Numbered from the whole stretch's first letter, positions 1 through 13,239 are shown. The stretch is DNA of 63,694 nucleotides, filler included, from Octopus bimaculoides (GCF_001194135.2; 3 parts of 3 records of this genome joined end to end with filler, not necessarily neighbours in it), one strand, 5' to 3'. Program-made: numbers and translations. Notes: a model not told the origin generated them from the letters alone.

Positions 1-879
1 ATATATATATATATATATATAATCTTTGGATGGAATTTATAAGCATTTAATGCATCACTACGCGCATTTCCACAAACCACATGTCTCTTATTATCACAGT
101 CCGTATTCCTGGGATGATTACAGTGCAATCCGTAGTAACCGTGGGTATCGGGTTGGTCAACTTCATGGATTCATTTCCTCATGCGATATCACATTAATGG
201 GTGTACAACAGAGGGATGTTTATATCTTTTTATTAGTATGAAGGCTAAGTGATTTATGTGGGTATTTCTGCGTGTATTTAGTGGGAAAAAGGGGAGGTGA
301 TGAAAATAGATGATGGCATGGTAGTTATATGGGAATAGTAGTGTGTGTGGTGGTGGTGGTGGTGGATGTTAAGGATGGGTAGTACATTCTTTTGTTTTAT
401 TTAATTTAAGGCATAACTACCGTTAATAAATTCTGAAGTCAACATGTCATTTGGTATTGCTACTATATCTACCAGTTATCGGGGCTTGTTGACTGAATTG
501 ATAAATAGTACTTTCTTACGGTTAACTTTCATTGTTTCTGGTGGTATAGTGTATAGCATCTTAATTATTGGTTTGTTTGTTTATTTGTTTGGGTTCCTGC
601 CCTGTTCTATAATATGTTATTCGTTTCAAAATTTTTTTTTAAATTTCAGAAACGATGTTTTCTTATGTTTGCATTCTTAACATAGTAAATTCACAAGTAA
701 TATACATATATATACACACACGCGTGCACACACACATACACGCACATATGCTCAGAGAACTAAAAGGAGAAAACAATAAATATATCTCACAATTGATATT
801 AATAAAATTAATAAATCGAAGATAATTTCCAACCATTTAATCACAGTTTGATATATAGTAATAGATGATGAAATAATTG

Positions 880-1400
880 AGCATGTAAACCAATACACCT
901 ATCTTGGGAGTATAATTTGCTTAAAGGATAAGAATCTCACCAAAGAAATTGAACGACGTACACAATTAGGCTGGGCAGCCGTTGGTAAATTGAATCACAT
1001 CAAGAGCATTAATTTTCCCATGTGTCTCAAAAGAAAGCTTTTCAACGAGTGTGTGCTGCCTACCATTACATATGCTTAAGAAACATGTACTACCAATAAT
1101 AGCATTGAAAATAAATGATGAGCAACACAAAGAGCCATACAAAAGGAGAATGTTGAAGATTAACAAAATGATGGGTAAGTGAAGGAACAACAGAATAAGA
1201 GTGGCAACAGGTTTAATGGATATTATCTGGAAAATAAATCTCGGAAATGGTCTTTTGCAGGACATGTGTTTAGATGAAAAGACAGTAGATGGAATAGCAA
1301 ACTGATCGAGTGGACACCACATCCAGAAAAAAAAGAACAAGTTGAAGACCATGCTGAAGTTGGAATGAAAGGTTTGTTAAGTTCTTAGGCATCCACATAT
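880..1400 (+). mobile_element. RTE-clade LINE, degenerate fragment C-terminal to the RT core
   Basis: Frame-shifted translation includes YTYLGSII, EIERRTQLGWAA and LKRKLFNECVLPTITYA*ET. Confidence 0.85.
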
Positions 1401-1514
1401 AGATGAATAAAACATCAGACCGTTGTTAGTGGAGAGAACATACTGAGGCATTCATCCAACAGCGAACAGAACATGTGCAAGGATGATGTATGTATGTATG
1501 TACATACACACTCA

Positions 1515-1554
<40 letters not shown>

Positions 1555-1564
1555 NNNNNNNNNN

Positions 1565-1603
<39 letters not shown>

Positions 1604-1760
1604 CACACACACAAGTACAAGCACTCATGCATATAGATATATTTGCGTAGACAGAAACATCCATAAGGGCAGAGTTGAGGCACTCAGATGCTACAGGTTC
1701 TTGTTGTTTTTGACTCATATAAATTTTATAAATTGTCAAGAAAATATGAAATAATTCTTT

Positions 1761-2503
1761 GGATCTTTTCTGGTTAGCTGCAACTATGGAAATTGCAAAG
1801 TTTAGAGAAAATTTTAAAATCTGGTGTATTGATGTAATTATCCACGTTGAATATCAGGAGATATTTAACTTTTTCTATAAAAATTTTTTTACAGGTTAGA
1901 GGTTAAAGTTTTATCATTCTTACCCTGTCAGAAAACAGAATTTGGAAGCTCTCACTTTGTGCGTAACAGCACGTGCTGTCAACAATAAACAAATGAAATA
2001 TTGACGGAACTCTGCTTTACTCATGCCATGTAACACTTTGTAACCTTTTAATTATTTGAAATTTTCAGAAAATACTTGCGAATCTATATTCCACGCACAA
2101 GAATTCAGACGATTAAAAGCCTATTTAGTTATCGTTTTTAGCACATCTCACAACTGCCATTTAATAAGCGAAAAATGACCGCGTAAGTAAACAGCTTGGT
2201 CACAGCTTGGTAATAGCTTGGTAACAGCTTGGTAACAGCTTGGTAACAGCTTGGTAACAGCTTGGTAACAGCTTGGCTTGTTACTATGGAATGAGGCATG
2301 AATGTGTCTGTGGCTTACGATTGGCTAAAATTACCCAAAATTTGCAAATTTTAAATGATATTAACTTTTTATTTATTGCCTTATGGTGAAAATGTATTTC
2401 ATGTCCATGATTAGCATACAAAACTATATCATTACACCAAATATGAAATCAATTGGAACAGAAATTGAAGAATTGGAAAGTGATAGCCAAACATAAAAGA
2501 TCC
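1761..2503. mobile_element. Non-autonomous DNA transposon (MITE) with GGATCTTTT termini and an internal 11-bp tandem array
   Basis: TIRs GGATCTTTTCTGGTTAGCT and AGCCAAACATAAAAGATCC. Degenerate 8-bp TSD aattcttt/aattcgta. Confidence 0.65.
2190..2276 (+). repeat. Minisatellite (AACAGCTTGGT) about x8
   Basis: Near-perfect 11-mer tandem array read directly. Confidence 0.95.
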
Positions 2504-2707
2504 AATTCGTATTTGGAACTAGTGGATCTCAAAGCATACATAAAGCTGTAAATAATAGCGTGTAAATATCTGGTTGAAAAAGCTTTTGCATAAAATTTCG
2601 AAAGCACGCTATTCAAAAGAATGTTTCTACCCAATATTCACAAACTATTATCTATAGTTCGAGATTCATTATTTCTAAAAATAGAATATATATATATATG
2701 CATGCAT

Positions 2708-2711
<4 letters not shown>

Positions 2712-2738
<27 letters not shown>

Positions 2739-2744
2739 CGCGCG

Positions 2745-2808
<64 letters not shown>

Positions 2809-2865
2809 TGTGTCTGTGTCTGTGTCTGTGTGTCTGTGTATCTGTGTGTCTGTGCCTGTGTCTGT
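2712..2865 (+). repeat. (TG)n / (TGTGTC)n microsatellite, representative of many (TA)n, (TG/CA)n and (TC)n tracts in the window
   Basis: Direct reading. Similar tracts at about 12022-12142, 16306-16370, 18989-19095, 19885-19990, 22058-22125 and 62888-62972. Confidence 0.98.
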
Positions 2866-3425
2866 GCATAGGGAGAAAGAGAGAGGTTCAAAGGGTCGCA
2901 TTTATATAGAAACCTACGTGAACTAAAATAAATCTTCTGTCTTTCTTCCCCATTATATTTCCCATGTTTTACTGTTCACCAAATTGTAATTCTAACAGAA
3001 CAATCTTTTTAATGCTTGGCCGACTACTGTCAGTATTTCTTTGCAAATGTGTAGCAACTAAACCAATTCCTTAGAGATTGACCATTTCTATGCCAGGCCT
3101 GACTAACTAATGCAACCAATACAGCATTTTGGGTAATGTTCTATTTAATGAACAAATACATTACTGACAGCCCATATATCCAATAGGAGAAGCCATTTGC
3201 TGTCACCAGTCTTGCTACTTTTGCAGTGAATACTAAAAAAAAAACAAAGAAAAACAAGAAAATAAATTAACCACTCCCTACCACTGTTCATAAACATTAC
3301 AATAATACCCACTATTCCTCTTCCTCCTCCTCCTCCTCCTACTACTACTACTACTACTTGTATGCTTAATACAGATATACAAACGCATGTATATATACGT
3401 GTGTGGGTATATATACACACATATA

Positions 3426-3468
<43 letters not shown>

Positions 3469-3477
3469 GTAAAAATA

Positions 3478-3844
3478 TGTGACACTTATTCAGTAGCCAT
3501 GATAAAACTCCGAGTTTCCGATGCCCGGGCGGTGTTCCGCTCCGACCATCTCTTCAGTTATCCAGCGATAACTGAAATTTGCGTATATCATACACGGTAT
3601 ATCATACACGTGCGCGTATGATATACCGTATATGATATACGCAAATTTAGACGGGTTTTGACACCACACAGTAATTTCCCTTTATTTATGTTTATGGTTG
3701 CTTATTTCCCTTTGTTTTCGTTTCCATAACGGTTTTTCAAATAGAACCTCCGGTCGCTGGATAACTGAAGAGATGGTCGGAGCGGAACACCGCCCAGGCA
3801 TCGGAAACTCGGAGTTTTATCATGGCTACTGAATAAGTGTCACA
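3478..3844. mobile_element. MITE with ~90-bp TIRs, TGT...ACA termini and an internal palindrome
   Basis: TGTGACACTTATTCAGTAGCCATG...TTATCCAGCG is mirrored at 3755-3844 (one mismatch seen). An internal inverted repeat spans 3575-3647. Confidence 0.85.
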
Positions 3845-4246
3845 NNNNNNNNNNNNNNNNNNNNNNNNNNNNNNNNNNNNNNNNNNNNNNNNNNNNNNNN
3901 NNNNNNNNNNNNNNNNNNNNNNNNNNNNNNNNNNNNNNNNNNNNNNNNNNNNNNNNNNNNNNNNNNNNNNNNNNNNNNNNNNNNNNNNNNNNNNNNNNNN
4001 NNNNNNNNNNNNNNNNNNNNNNNNNNNNNNNNNNNNNNNNNNNNNNNNNNNNNNNNNNNNNNNNNNNNNNNNNNNNNNNNNNNNNNNNNNNNNNNNNNNN
4101 NNNNNNNNNNNNNNNNNNNNNNNNNNNNNNNNNNNNNNNNNNNNNNNNNNNNNNNNNNNNNNNNNNNNNNNNNNNNNNNNNNNNNNNNNNNNNNNNNNNN
4201 NNNNNNNNNNNNNNNNNNNNNNNNATATATATATATATATATATGT

Positions 4247-4391
4247 ATACGACGGGCTTCTTTCAGTTTCCGTCTACCAAATCCATGGCTGTGGTGGGCC
4301 CGAGGCTATAGTAGAAGACACCTGACCCTGGTGCCACGTAGAACCTGGGACCATGTGGTTGGTAAGCAACCTACTTACCACACGGCCACTC
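4247..4391 (-). mobile_element. Octopus-type SINE family A (GGAGTGGCTGTGTGGTAAG head), 5' part
   Basis: Matches the near-complete copies at 31139-31676 (+) and 32347-32717 (-). Other copies at about 18588-18743, 20009-20140, 21290-21470, 29450-29830, 36275-36625, 36951-37204, 38135-38300, 55880-56490, 57717-57880 and 62975-63100. Confidence 0.85.
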
Positions 4392-4418
4392 TTTCGTCTA
4401 TATATATGTATATATGTA

Positions 4419-5075
4419 CAGTGTCGGTGAAAAGTAAGTAGGCATTAAACGTTAGTAATAAAGTCCATATTCCTTTTACAAATTTATTAATTTATTGAAA
4501 CAAATTATATATTTATTTTATTACATGGGAAAATGAAAGTAAATTTCCATATTTCAACATAAGCACCAGTGGCGTCAACCAATTTCCTCAAACGATCAGG
4601 GACGGAGTGAACAACCTTCGGAAGGACATCATTTAGGATACCATTGAGAACCTCCTGAATCTGTGTCTCCAAATCTTCGAGGTTTTGTCTTGTACAACTC
4701 TTTTGTATAACATTACAGGTAAAAATCACAAGGAGTGATATCTTGACATCTTGGAGCTTTGAACTTCTGAACTTCTTCGGTCACAGTCTTTAGGTTTTAG
4801 CTTCTGCACGTAATGGGATTTTCACGGACAAAAATTCAATTCTTTATGCAACACCGTCTGGTTAGTCCACTTTCACGAGCTGCTTGACGTGATAATTTTT
4901 GCGGGCTGCGATTAAAAATTTCCTGCATTATTGCAACGTTCTCCGGTGATCGGGATGTGGTTGCACGGCAATTTCTTCTTGCATCGTTCAAAGAGCCATG
5001 ATCATCAGCTTTGCGTGACAACGTCTTATTGTCTCAAGTCATAGTGTTGCTTGCTTACCTTTCCCTGCACACCAC
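4419..5075 (-). mobile_element. Internally deleted Tc1/mariner-superfamily element
   Basis: TA|CAGTG left end and a degenerate right TIR at about 5048-5072. Minus-strand peptides TTSRSPENVAIMQEIFNRSPQKLSRQAARESGL (HTH region) and QNLEDLETQIQEVL...VPDRLRKLVDATGAYVE (transposase C-terminus). Confidence 0.75.
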
Positions 5076-5243
5076 CATATCTGTACCAAAACAATGGGAT
5101 TACACACTTCATAACGTGCTGCTATCTTAGCTTGCTCCTGAACACTCAAGCGACCGGCCATCTGAGAGTCACTCAGTGAACCACTATAATAGCCCTCACA
5201 GTCAGTCAGTGAACCACTGTCACTAGCTACGCCGATGATACAA

Positions 5244-5805
5244 AAATATCACATGCAATAAAGTATCCTAATGATGTCATAAACCTGAAGAACGACCTTA
5301 ATGCAATATACAAGTAGGCAGAGCAAAACAATATGCAATTTAATGCTGAAAAACTTCAAGCACTTTACTATAAGGTCACAAATGCTGCACAACCGAAATT
5401 TACAAGATCCGGAGTTACTGCAATCCCAGAGTCACAAACAATGAGAGATCTGGACATCAGTGTGTTTAAGGATGCATCATTTCATATGCTCATTACCTAG
5501 TTGGTAGCAAAGAGCAGACAAGTGGCGGGATTGCTACTAAGGAGAAGAGATCAAGAAGTCATATGGACTCTATAGAATACCTTTGTCCTTAGCCACCTAG
5601 ACTACTACTCTCAGCTCTGGTCACTACACAGTGTCAAGCTAACAACGGAGCTTGTCAAGCTAGCAACGGAGCAATCCAGCGTCACTACACTAAAAAGATT
5701 GCTACAGTCCAACAGATGAACTATAGGGAGAGGTTGAACGAACTAGTACTCTACTCTCTAGAGCGCAGACGTGAGAGATATGTAATAATTTACATGTGGA
5801 AAAAT
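5244..5805 (+). mobile_element. CR1-group LINE ORF2 fragment (RT C-terminal region), degenerate
   Basis: Peptides NLKNDLNAIYK*AEQNNMQFNAEK, SHLDYYSQLW and YSLERRRERYVIIYMWK. Confidence 0.85.
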
Positions 5806-5939
5806 TTCTGCCAATGCTTACTCTCTTTTTAGGTGACATGCTTGTATTATCTGGAAAAGGAAAATGAGTTAGTGTACCAAGTGATTATCGATTTTATCAT
5901 AAACTAACAAATGCCCCTTTATTCTGTCTTCTCACATAG

Positions 5940-5982
5940 CCTGCACATAAAGTAACAGCGAATAGCACACAAAGTGAAACTG
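5940..5982 (+). CDS. Candidate exon of unidentified gene (PAHKVTANSTQSET)
   Basis: CTAAC branch at about 5903, acceptor ttctcacatag|, donor CTG|gtatgg, open in phase 0. Confidence 0.3.
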
Positions 5983-7168
5983 GTATGGAGCTTTCTGGAA
6001 GATACGTATAGCTTTCGCTAGTGGAAGGAAAACTCTTAGTTGAAGGTTGATTCTTTGGGACGCGTCATGTGTGATTGTTTAAAAAAGGCTAGAACGACAA
6101 TGCTAAAACGTATTTGAAACAATAGACCACAGTCCAAATATCACAATGGATGGGTAAATAAGCATTCTTAAAGTGAAACGACGCATTGGTAGGTAAACAA
6201 ATGTATTAGCAAATAAAAGAGAGGAAAGGGAACATCACCTGTCAAGTAACTCAGAATAGGTAACGGTAATCTTGCCAAAGTTTAATGCAGTTTAAATATG
6301 GAGATTACGATAGTTTGGTATTGGATATTCATCGCGAACAGTGTTCCTCGTCAATTTAATCACAGTCGCAGGTGGACAATCGAATTAGACAAAATCATCA
6401 CTTTTATAATACTCTCTAACCAAAACTTAAACTACACACACCAATACACAAACAAAAAATATAGAGAGTAATAATAGAGAATTACAAAGTATAAATAAGT
6501 AATAAATAAATAAAAAATGTGATAACCACTAAAATATTCTCTAATGCCAATATACAACTATATAGATTAAAACGTATGGAAGGCCCTACATACAAAAAAT
6601 ATGTACATACAATGAATTTGGATAAATCTTTTGAATTAACATAAATGTTTTTACATGAAAGAATATTACCGGAGACATAACACGTGTTGCGCTAACAATA
6701 ACAGCTAAATAAGATTTTTTGGATAAATCTTTTAAATTAATATAAACATATATTTACATGAAAACAAAATGACAGTCTTCAAATCCTGTTTCCTGATTGG
6801 ATCACCACGCAGGTGGACAGCCGAAATAACTAAAGAGACAAAGAACATTCACTTTTATCAAAAGATTTGAAAATTATGGAAGACCCTACATACAAAACAA
6901 CTATGTCCATTTACGTCCATTTACTCGGGAGCTCTAGGCAAAATGTTATAGTGCATGACAATCCTTGAGACATAAGTGATATGTGTGTAAAGTTTGGAGA
7001 AAATCGGTTGAGAATTGTGGAAATGTATTCGTTAGCCATTATACACACATACTGTGGTTTACATATACTATATCTCTGTGACACACCGAAACAAATACAA
7101 CTAATTACTAAGCTGTACGTATACAATCTTCCTGTTTATACATACATATATAAATACATACATACATG

Positions 7169-7220
<52 letters not shown>

Positions 7221-7815
7221 NNNNNNNNNNNNNNNNNNNNNNNNNNNNNNNNNNNNNNNNNNNNNNNNNNNNNNNNNNNNNNNNNNNNNNNNNNNNNNNN
7301 NNNNNNNNNNNNNNNNNNNNNNNNNNNNNNNNNNNNNNNNNNNNNNNNNNNNNNNNNNNNNNNNNNNNNNNNNNNNNNNNNNNNNNNNNNNNNNNNNNNN
7401 NNNNNNNNNNNNNNNNNNNNNNNNNNNNNNNNNNNNNNNNNNNNNNNNNNNNNNNNNNNNNNNNNNNNNNNNNNNNNNNNNNNNNNNNNNNNNNNNNNNN
7501 NNNNNNNNNNNNNNNNNNNNNNNNNNNNNNNNNNNNNCCCGGACATAATCTCTCCGGTCCTTCGAAAACCTTCCATACCTTGCGACGAATTTTGCGGCTG
7601 AGGATAGCTTTACATTGTAGATTATACACATATTATATTATGTTATATTATATTATACACATGTAGAGCTTGAAACATGTGTACCGCGGAATCCTTTGTA
7701 GTTTTGTTGTTATTTTTTTGTTTTGGATTTACAATTTATTCTTTTACCGCAACCACTAGCTGGAATACACAGGTGCTTACAATTGTCAAGTATTACCTCT
7801 AAATTTCAATTTACC

Positions 7816-7858
<43 letters not shown>

Positions 7859-7859
7859 G

Positions 7860-8160
7860 ATGATTTACCCTCTAATACTCTAGTCGGAGACGACGTATGA
7901 GCGTTCAGTTTCTGCCGAACGACCTGCACAGGTTATTTATTTATAGTGATCGCGTCTCACATTAGCTCACTCTCTCTATCAAAACGACGTTGTCTAAACA
8001 GGTGCATGGTGTACCACGCATCAGGTGTAGAAGTAATCGCAGAGCGACGTGAGATGAAGTGTTTTACTAAAGAACACAACGCACTACCCGGTCTAGGAAT
8101 TGAAATCACGATCGGCAAATAACGATTTCAACACCCTAATAAGCTATGCATCCTCACCGT
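7860..8160 (-). mobile_element. CORE-like SINE, degenerate (related copies at about 43740-43975 and 53690-53940)
   Basis: Shared motif of type atgaagtg..ttgctcaag..acacaa followed by ggaattgaa..cac.a.c at all three loci. Confidence 0.55.
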
Positions 8161-8969
8161 CCTCTTTCTACTTAACTGATACTTACAAATTCGATTTCCA
8201 ATATGTGTAATTTTCCTGATAAGTTAGGTCTAATTTTCCTGTATATATTTTGTCTAAAAGTACTCACTAAATATTTCTTTTATCATTTTATCAGTCTTAA
8301 TCTCTATCCCTTGACCAAATTCAAAAGTATTTCATCTTATATGTAATTGTTTATTATGCTAGAAATAGCAGGAATCAGGTGGGTAAATGTTAAAGCGTAT
8401 AACATAACAAACAACAATATTTTGTTAAATATATATTTAAATTGAAAATTAAAAGAATTTCTTAGACAGTCAAAGCTGTGATAATCGTTTTCTTTTACAT
8501 AATCACTAATTTTCCATTAGCTGCTTTCTTCATTAGCGATACACATTTAGATTTACGCATATNNNNNNNNNNNNNNNNNNNNNNNNNNNNNNNNNNNNNN
8601 NNNNNNNNNNNNNNNNNNNNNNNNNNNNNNNNNNNNNNNNNNNNNNNNNATATACATATATATATGTATATATATATATACATATATATATGTATATATA
8701 TATATATATATATGCGTATATATATATATATGTATATGTGTGTTTGTGTGCCTGTGTGTGTATGTATGTGTAAGCATGCTAGTGTATACGAATGAGTATG
8801 CATACATGTGCACTGAAAAGAATCTTATTTTGTTTTATTTCATGGTGTTTTAGGGATTCAATTTGGTTACAGAATTGTTAACAAATATAGGTCATCTCTA
8901 TGGTAACAGAACATATAAAATATCAAAGAGACAATTTTAATTTATAACATTAATTCAACTTCGCTTCAG

Positions 8970-9009
8970 ACTTAACGTCATATTTTTGGTCGCTGAGACA
9001 ACACAGGAG
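8970..9009 (+). CDS. Candidate exon of unidentified gene (D)LTSYFWSLRQHR(S)
   Basis: Acceptor cgcttcag|, donor GAG|gtaaag. Phase 1 start is compatible with 5940-5982. Confidence 0.35.
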
Positions 9010-9071
9010 GTAAAGCAGACGAAATAGTTATAATGCTATGAGCTGAAGATTATATTTCTTTACCTTTACAG

Positions 9072-9145
9072 CCTCCAGTTTTATATCGCAAAAGACACAG
9101 ACATAAGAGAACTCACACCAGAGAATATATTGAACATCCAACAAT
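9072..9145 (+). CDS. Candidate exon of unidentified gene (S)LQFYIAKDTDIRELTPENILNIQQ
   Basis: Strong acceptor tttctttacctttacag| after a 62-nt intron, donor T|gtaaat, open protein-like frame. Confidence 0.4.
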
Positions 9146-9689
9146 GTAAATGAAACGTCTTTGTTTCATCAAATCTTAACATTACAAAAACAAACGTCTA
9201 TGAATTATCAGCAAAGGATAGTCACCAAAATTCTACTCGCTTTTAGATAGTATTCGTCTGCACTAAAAGATCACTATAAAATGTTTTCTAGTGTACGCGA
9301 TAACTATAGCGACATTTCTACTGGAAATGTCACCGCAACTAAACTATTTTCCCTAGTGAACATAATATATTATTTCGTTCAAAGTAAACTTATGCTAGAT
9401 TTGCAGTCCCGTGATCTCATGGATTTTGTATTTCAGCTTTGCAGTTGATTGAAACCACCCAAATAAATATTTGCAATAATACTTTCGTGATTTTGTATTC
9501 TAAAGAATAATGACAATATTGTGTATTACATCGATCTGGAGTCTCATTAAATTTTGCTTTCAGGAATCTCTCTCGAAATTACTATGTACACAACACACAT
9601 CGCACGCGAACACAGATATGTTTGTGTGTATGTGTGTGTGTGTGCGCGTATGTATGGATGTATGTAAGTTTCCATGTATGTATCTATGC

Positions 9690-10077
9690 TGTTGTTGTTG
9701 TTGGCACTCCGTCGCTTACGACGTCGAGGGTTCCAGTAGATCTGATCAACGGAACAGCCTGCTCGTGCAATTAACGTACAAGTGGCTGAGCACTCCACTG
9801 ACATGTGTACCCTTAACGTAATTCTCGGGGATATTCAGCGTGACACAGTGTGACAAGGCTGACCCTTTGAATTACAGGCACAACAGAAACAGGGAGTAAG
9901 AGTGAGAGAAAGTTGTGGTGAAAGAGTACTGCAGGATTCGCCACAATTCCCTGCCGGAGCCTCGTGGAGCTTTTAGGTGTTTTTGCTCAATAAACACTCA
10001 CAACGCCCGGTCTGGAAATCCAAACCACGATCCTAGGACCGCGAGTCCGCTACCCTAACCACTGGGCCATTGCGCCT
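9690..10077 (-). mobile_element. Full-length tRNA-derived SINE (family C) with (CAA)n tail
   Basis: Minus strand starts GGCGCAATGGCCCAGTGGTTAGG (A box) with a B-box-like GGTTTGGATTTCC, and ends GAGTGCCAACAACAACAAC. Confidence 0.85.
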
Positions 10078-10897
10078 CTACTATGTATTTCTGTATGTAT
10101 ACACCAACCACCACACTTACACGCACACATATTTCAAAATACATGACTATCCTCAAACTTTATCCTTTTATTTTCAGTTCTCGTATTATTAAATTTTTTC
10201 ACAGTTATTTTTAACTATCAAATACCATAATTCATATGTAACGCTTCCAGAATTTCCCAGTTTTCATTTTCAAGAATTGGATAAACTTGTCCCCAGTGTC
10301 GTTTGCCATGTACTCTTTAAATTCATGTAGACTTCCACCAAAGTTTGTTTTTATTTTCTTTATTTTTTACCGTTGGGTTTCTACGTGGAAGATCACGAGT
10401 TGATTTGCTTGTTGTGCTCAAATTATTCACCGTTAGGTTTTATGCTTGTAGCCACGTGTTAACTTTTTGATGTTTTGATGCGTGTGTTATTTATATGTTA
10501 ATTTTGTCATTGTATTGTTACATGAGTAAGGTTTCAATGATTAATCGTTTTTGAGAAGAATTTTATATAGTAATACCTAGTATTTTTCTATGAAACTTTG
10601 TTTTCTGGCGTTTTGCGATTGCTCCTTGGTGTAAATGCATGATGATTCTTCGAATGGGCGTTGTAATAATATGCCCGATATAAAACCTGGAACACTGAAG
10701 TTTACACATGAAGTTTTACAATCAAATGTGCATATTAAATTAATCCTTAATAGCTAGCACTCATGTTTAATTTTACAAGGAACAACGTCGAAACATTATA
10801 TAATACACCACGATATTAGATAGAAAAATACTAGACGATTATACTAGCATACTCTTTAAAATTTCTCCTTAATGGAAGCCATACCCATATCACGATA

Positions 10898-11644
10898 CGT
10901 GATCAAATCAATAAGTATCCAGACTGTTGCCATAGTAACAAAGCTAAAGCACGCAGAGTAAAGCCACTTGGCACAGATTGAGATTAAACTCTGTTGTGTA
11001 TGCACACTAACTTTTAACGTACTAGCTCACTTTCACTGTTTACAGAGGCGCTTGGAAGGAAGGTGTGTAGCGTGTGATCGTCACATTGAATATGACAGAG
11101 AATGTTCAGCAGAGAATATGCATCAAATTTTGCCAGACGTTTGGCGATACCTGCTCACAAGCCTACGCAAAGTTTTCGACACATACAAGGAGATTTTTGT
11201 GAAATCCGAGTATCTGTTTAGTCAGCCGAAAGCAGTTTTGGCACAAACTTTGCAGACACGCACCTCATACCCAAATCTTCAGTGATAATGGACTGAACTG
11301 AACCATAACTAACCTACACATCGTCTGATAACTCACGGGTGGTGATTCGACGATTTCCTCTCACAATCGCATGCACATTCCTCTCCATAGACTTTCTGCA
11401 ACTTTGCGCGGGCTTCTGAATAGGTATCGCCATGACAACTTTCTCTGTCTTAGCCAATGCGACGATTACACGCTACACACCTTCCTTCGAAATACTGTTG
11501 CAAACGGCAGAAGTGAGCTAGAACGTTAAAACTTAGTGTGCACGCACAGCAGAGCTCGAGGTTAATCACTACCAAACGGCTTTACTCTAGATAGTTTAGC
11601 TTCGTCACTATAGTAGCAGTCCGTATACTTTTTGATCAGACGCG
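10898..11644. mobile_element. Mariner (irritans-like) derivative made of two inverted 5' ends, copy 1
   Basis: TA-flanked TIRs containing ATCAATAAGTATCC(A/G)GACT. Both arms carry the 5'UTR, and the minus arm encodes EDLGMRCVSAKFVPKLLSAD. Confidence 0.85.
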
Positions 11645-12018
11645 TACAGCACAGACATAATAAAATATTATTACATAGTTATTGGCACAAAAACCTAACG
11701 GTTAAAAATTTAATTGCAATAAACAAATCAAGCTGAGAATGTTCGTGTAGAAGCCAAACATACAAATGAAATTTGGTAGAAACCTCTACAGGAATTCGAT
11801 TAGTATATAAAAATGAAACCATTCGCCAAATATATTCTATCCTTGTAAAAGAGACTTTGAAGCTCCGGAAACATAGGATAAATGTAGAAGAAATATTATG
11901 TCAAGGCAGCTGTAAAAAGCTTTGAAGAAAATATGAAAAATCTATAATAAAAAAAGAATTAACTTGAGCAGAGTCGTTTATTTCATGAAACAGATATCGA
12001 AAAAAAGTTGCTTTTTTC

Positions 12019-12060
<42 letters not shown>

Positions 12061-12076
12061 TGTCTGTCTGTCTGTC

Positions 12077-12146
<70 letters not shown>

Positions 12147-12539
12147 ACACAAACACACACATACATATACACACAAGCACAGACACACACACATATATGC
12201 ACATAAATGCATACATACGCACATACATACATGTGTGTGTATATATAGATGTATATACATGTGCGTGTGGATAGATGTATATACATGTGCATGAGTGTGA
12301 GAGTCAAAGAGTCCATAAGTTAGGAAACAATGCACTTGTATATCTGTCAGAAGAGTGGGTACTTTAATCGGAATGTACAGTATCATATATCGGTTACGGC
12401 AGATCTTACTAATCGGTTTCGCACTAGGTAGCAGTCCAAGTATATAAACCAGCACTGTTCAGAAATAGCCGTTATGGAATGAAAGTGAGGAGTCGCCATA
12501 TTTAATTCAGCAGGCCAGTGAGGCCCAGGCAGCAATTAC

Positions 12540-13130
12540 AAGATGGAAGATTTCGTGTAATCGCAAGATTGTTTATTCAAACATCGAGCATGTAGTCATC
12601 CATCGTTGTCCATTCTCTCCCAACGATGCCTTGTCAAGTCCAACTAAGCTTCTCATCTTGAGCATGAACCTAACACCAATCTTCTGTTGACTTTGTTTTG
12701 AAAGAAGATTCTTAAACCCCGTCAGGAGCTGATCGAAAGTCATTTGAAACGATATCTTGCATTGTCTCCTTGACCAGATACTGAAGGCGATAAATAAACA
12801 CCACCATACTCCAAAGATGCGAACTAGATTCGTGGAAGCTAGAAATAAACCACCTTCATTATCAAAATCAGGGGCGGACCTTCCTCTGAATGGTTTCTGT
12901 TTGATAGTTCCATGTTGATCTGACAGGCGAATTTCTGAGTCACATATTACCAACATTTCTCCGACTAATTATGAAAGAGTCTAGAAATTACATGAAACAA
13001 TAGAGGTAGTCTGCAAAGGCTTTACTTCTCTTTCACTCTGTAAATCTTTTCACTGATCTGTCCTTACAAGGATGGCAAACAATAGAGCTGTTCAATCTGC
13101 ATTGTGAAGGCGCAGAGAAACCCACCAGGT
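12540..13130 (-). mobile_element. Probable L1/Tx1-clade LINE ORF2 C-terminal fragment
   Basis: Minus ORF ...IAFSIWSRRQCKISFQMTFDQLLTGFKNLLSKQ...GQRW resembles the IW-x-x-R...RW tail of Tx1-like ORF2. Recognised by pattern only. Confidence 0.45.
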
Positions 13131-13239
13131 GGATTTGAATTAAGAGGGCTGATCCTTGAACTGTTGATACTGGGACGCAAGACGGGGTTCATAACCACTT
13201 ATTGATTCAACTGCTGGTTTAACTGAGCAAGTTTGTCTG

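Noticed and set aside
5833-5867. Exon-like segment ttttag|GTGACATG...AATGA|gttagt
   Set aside because: It cannot be spliced in frame to 5940-5982 without a stop.
7655-7683. 9-bp hairpin tacacatgt/acatgtgta with GAAAC
   Set aside because: No CUGANGA core nearby and too short to interpret.
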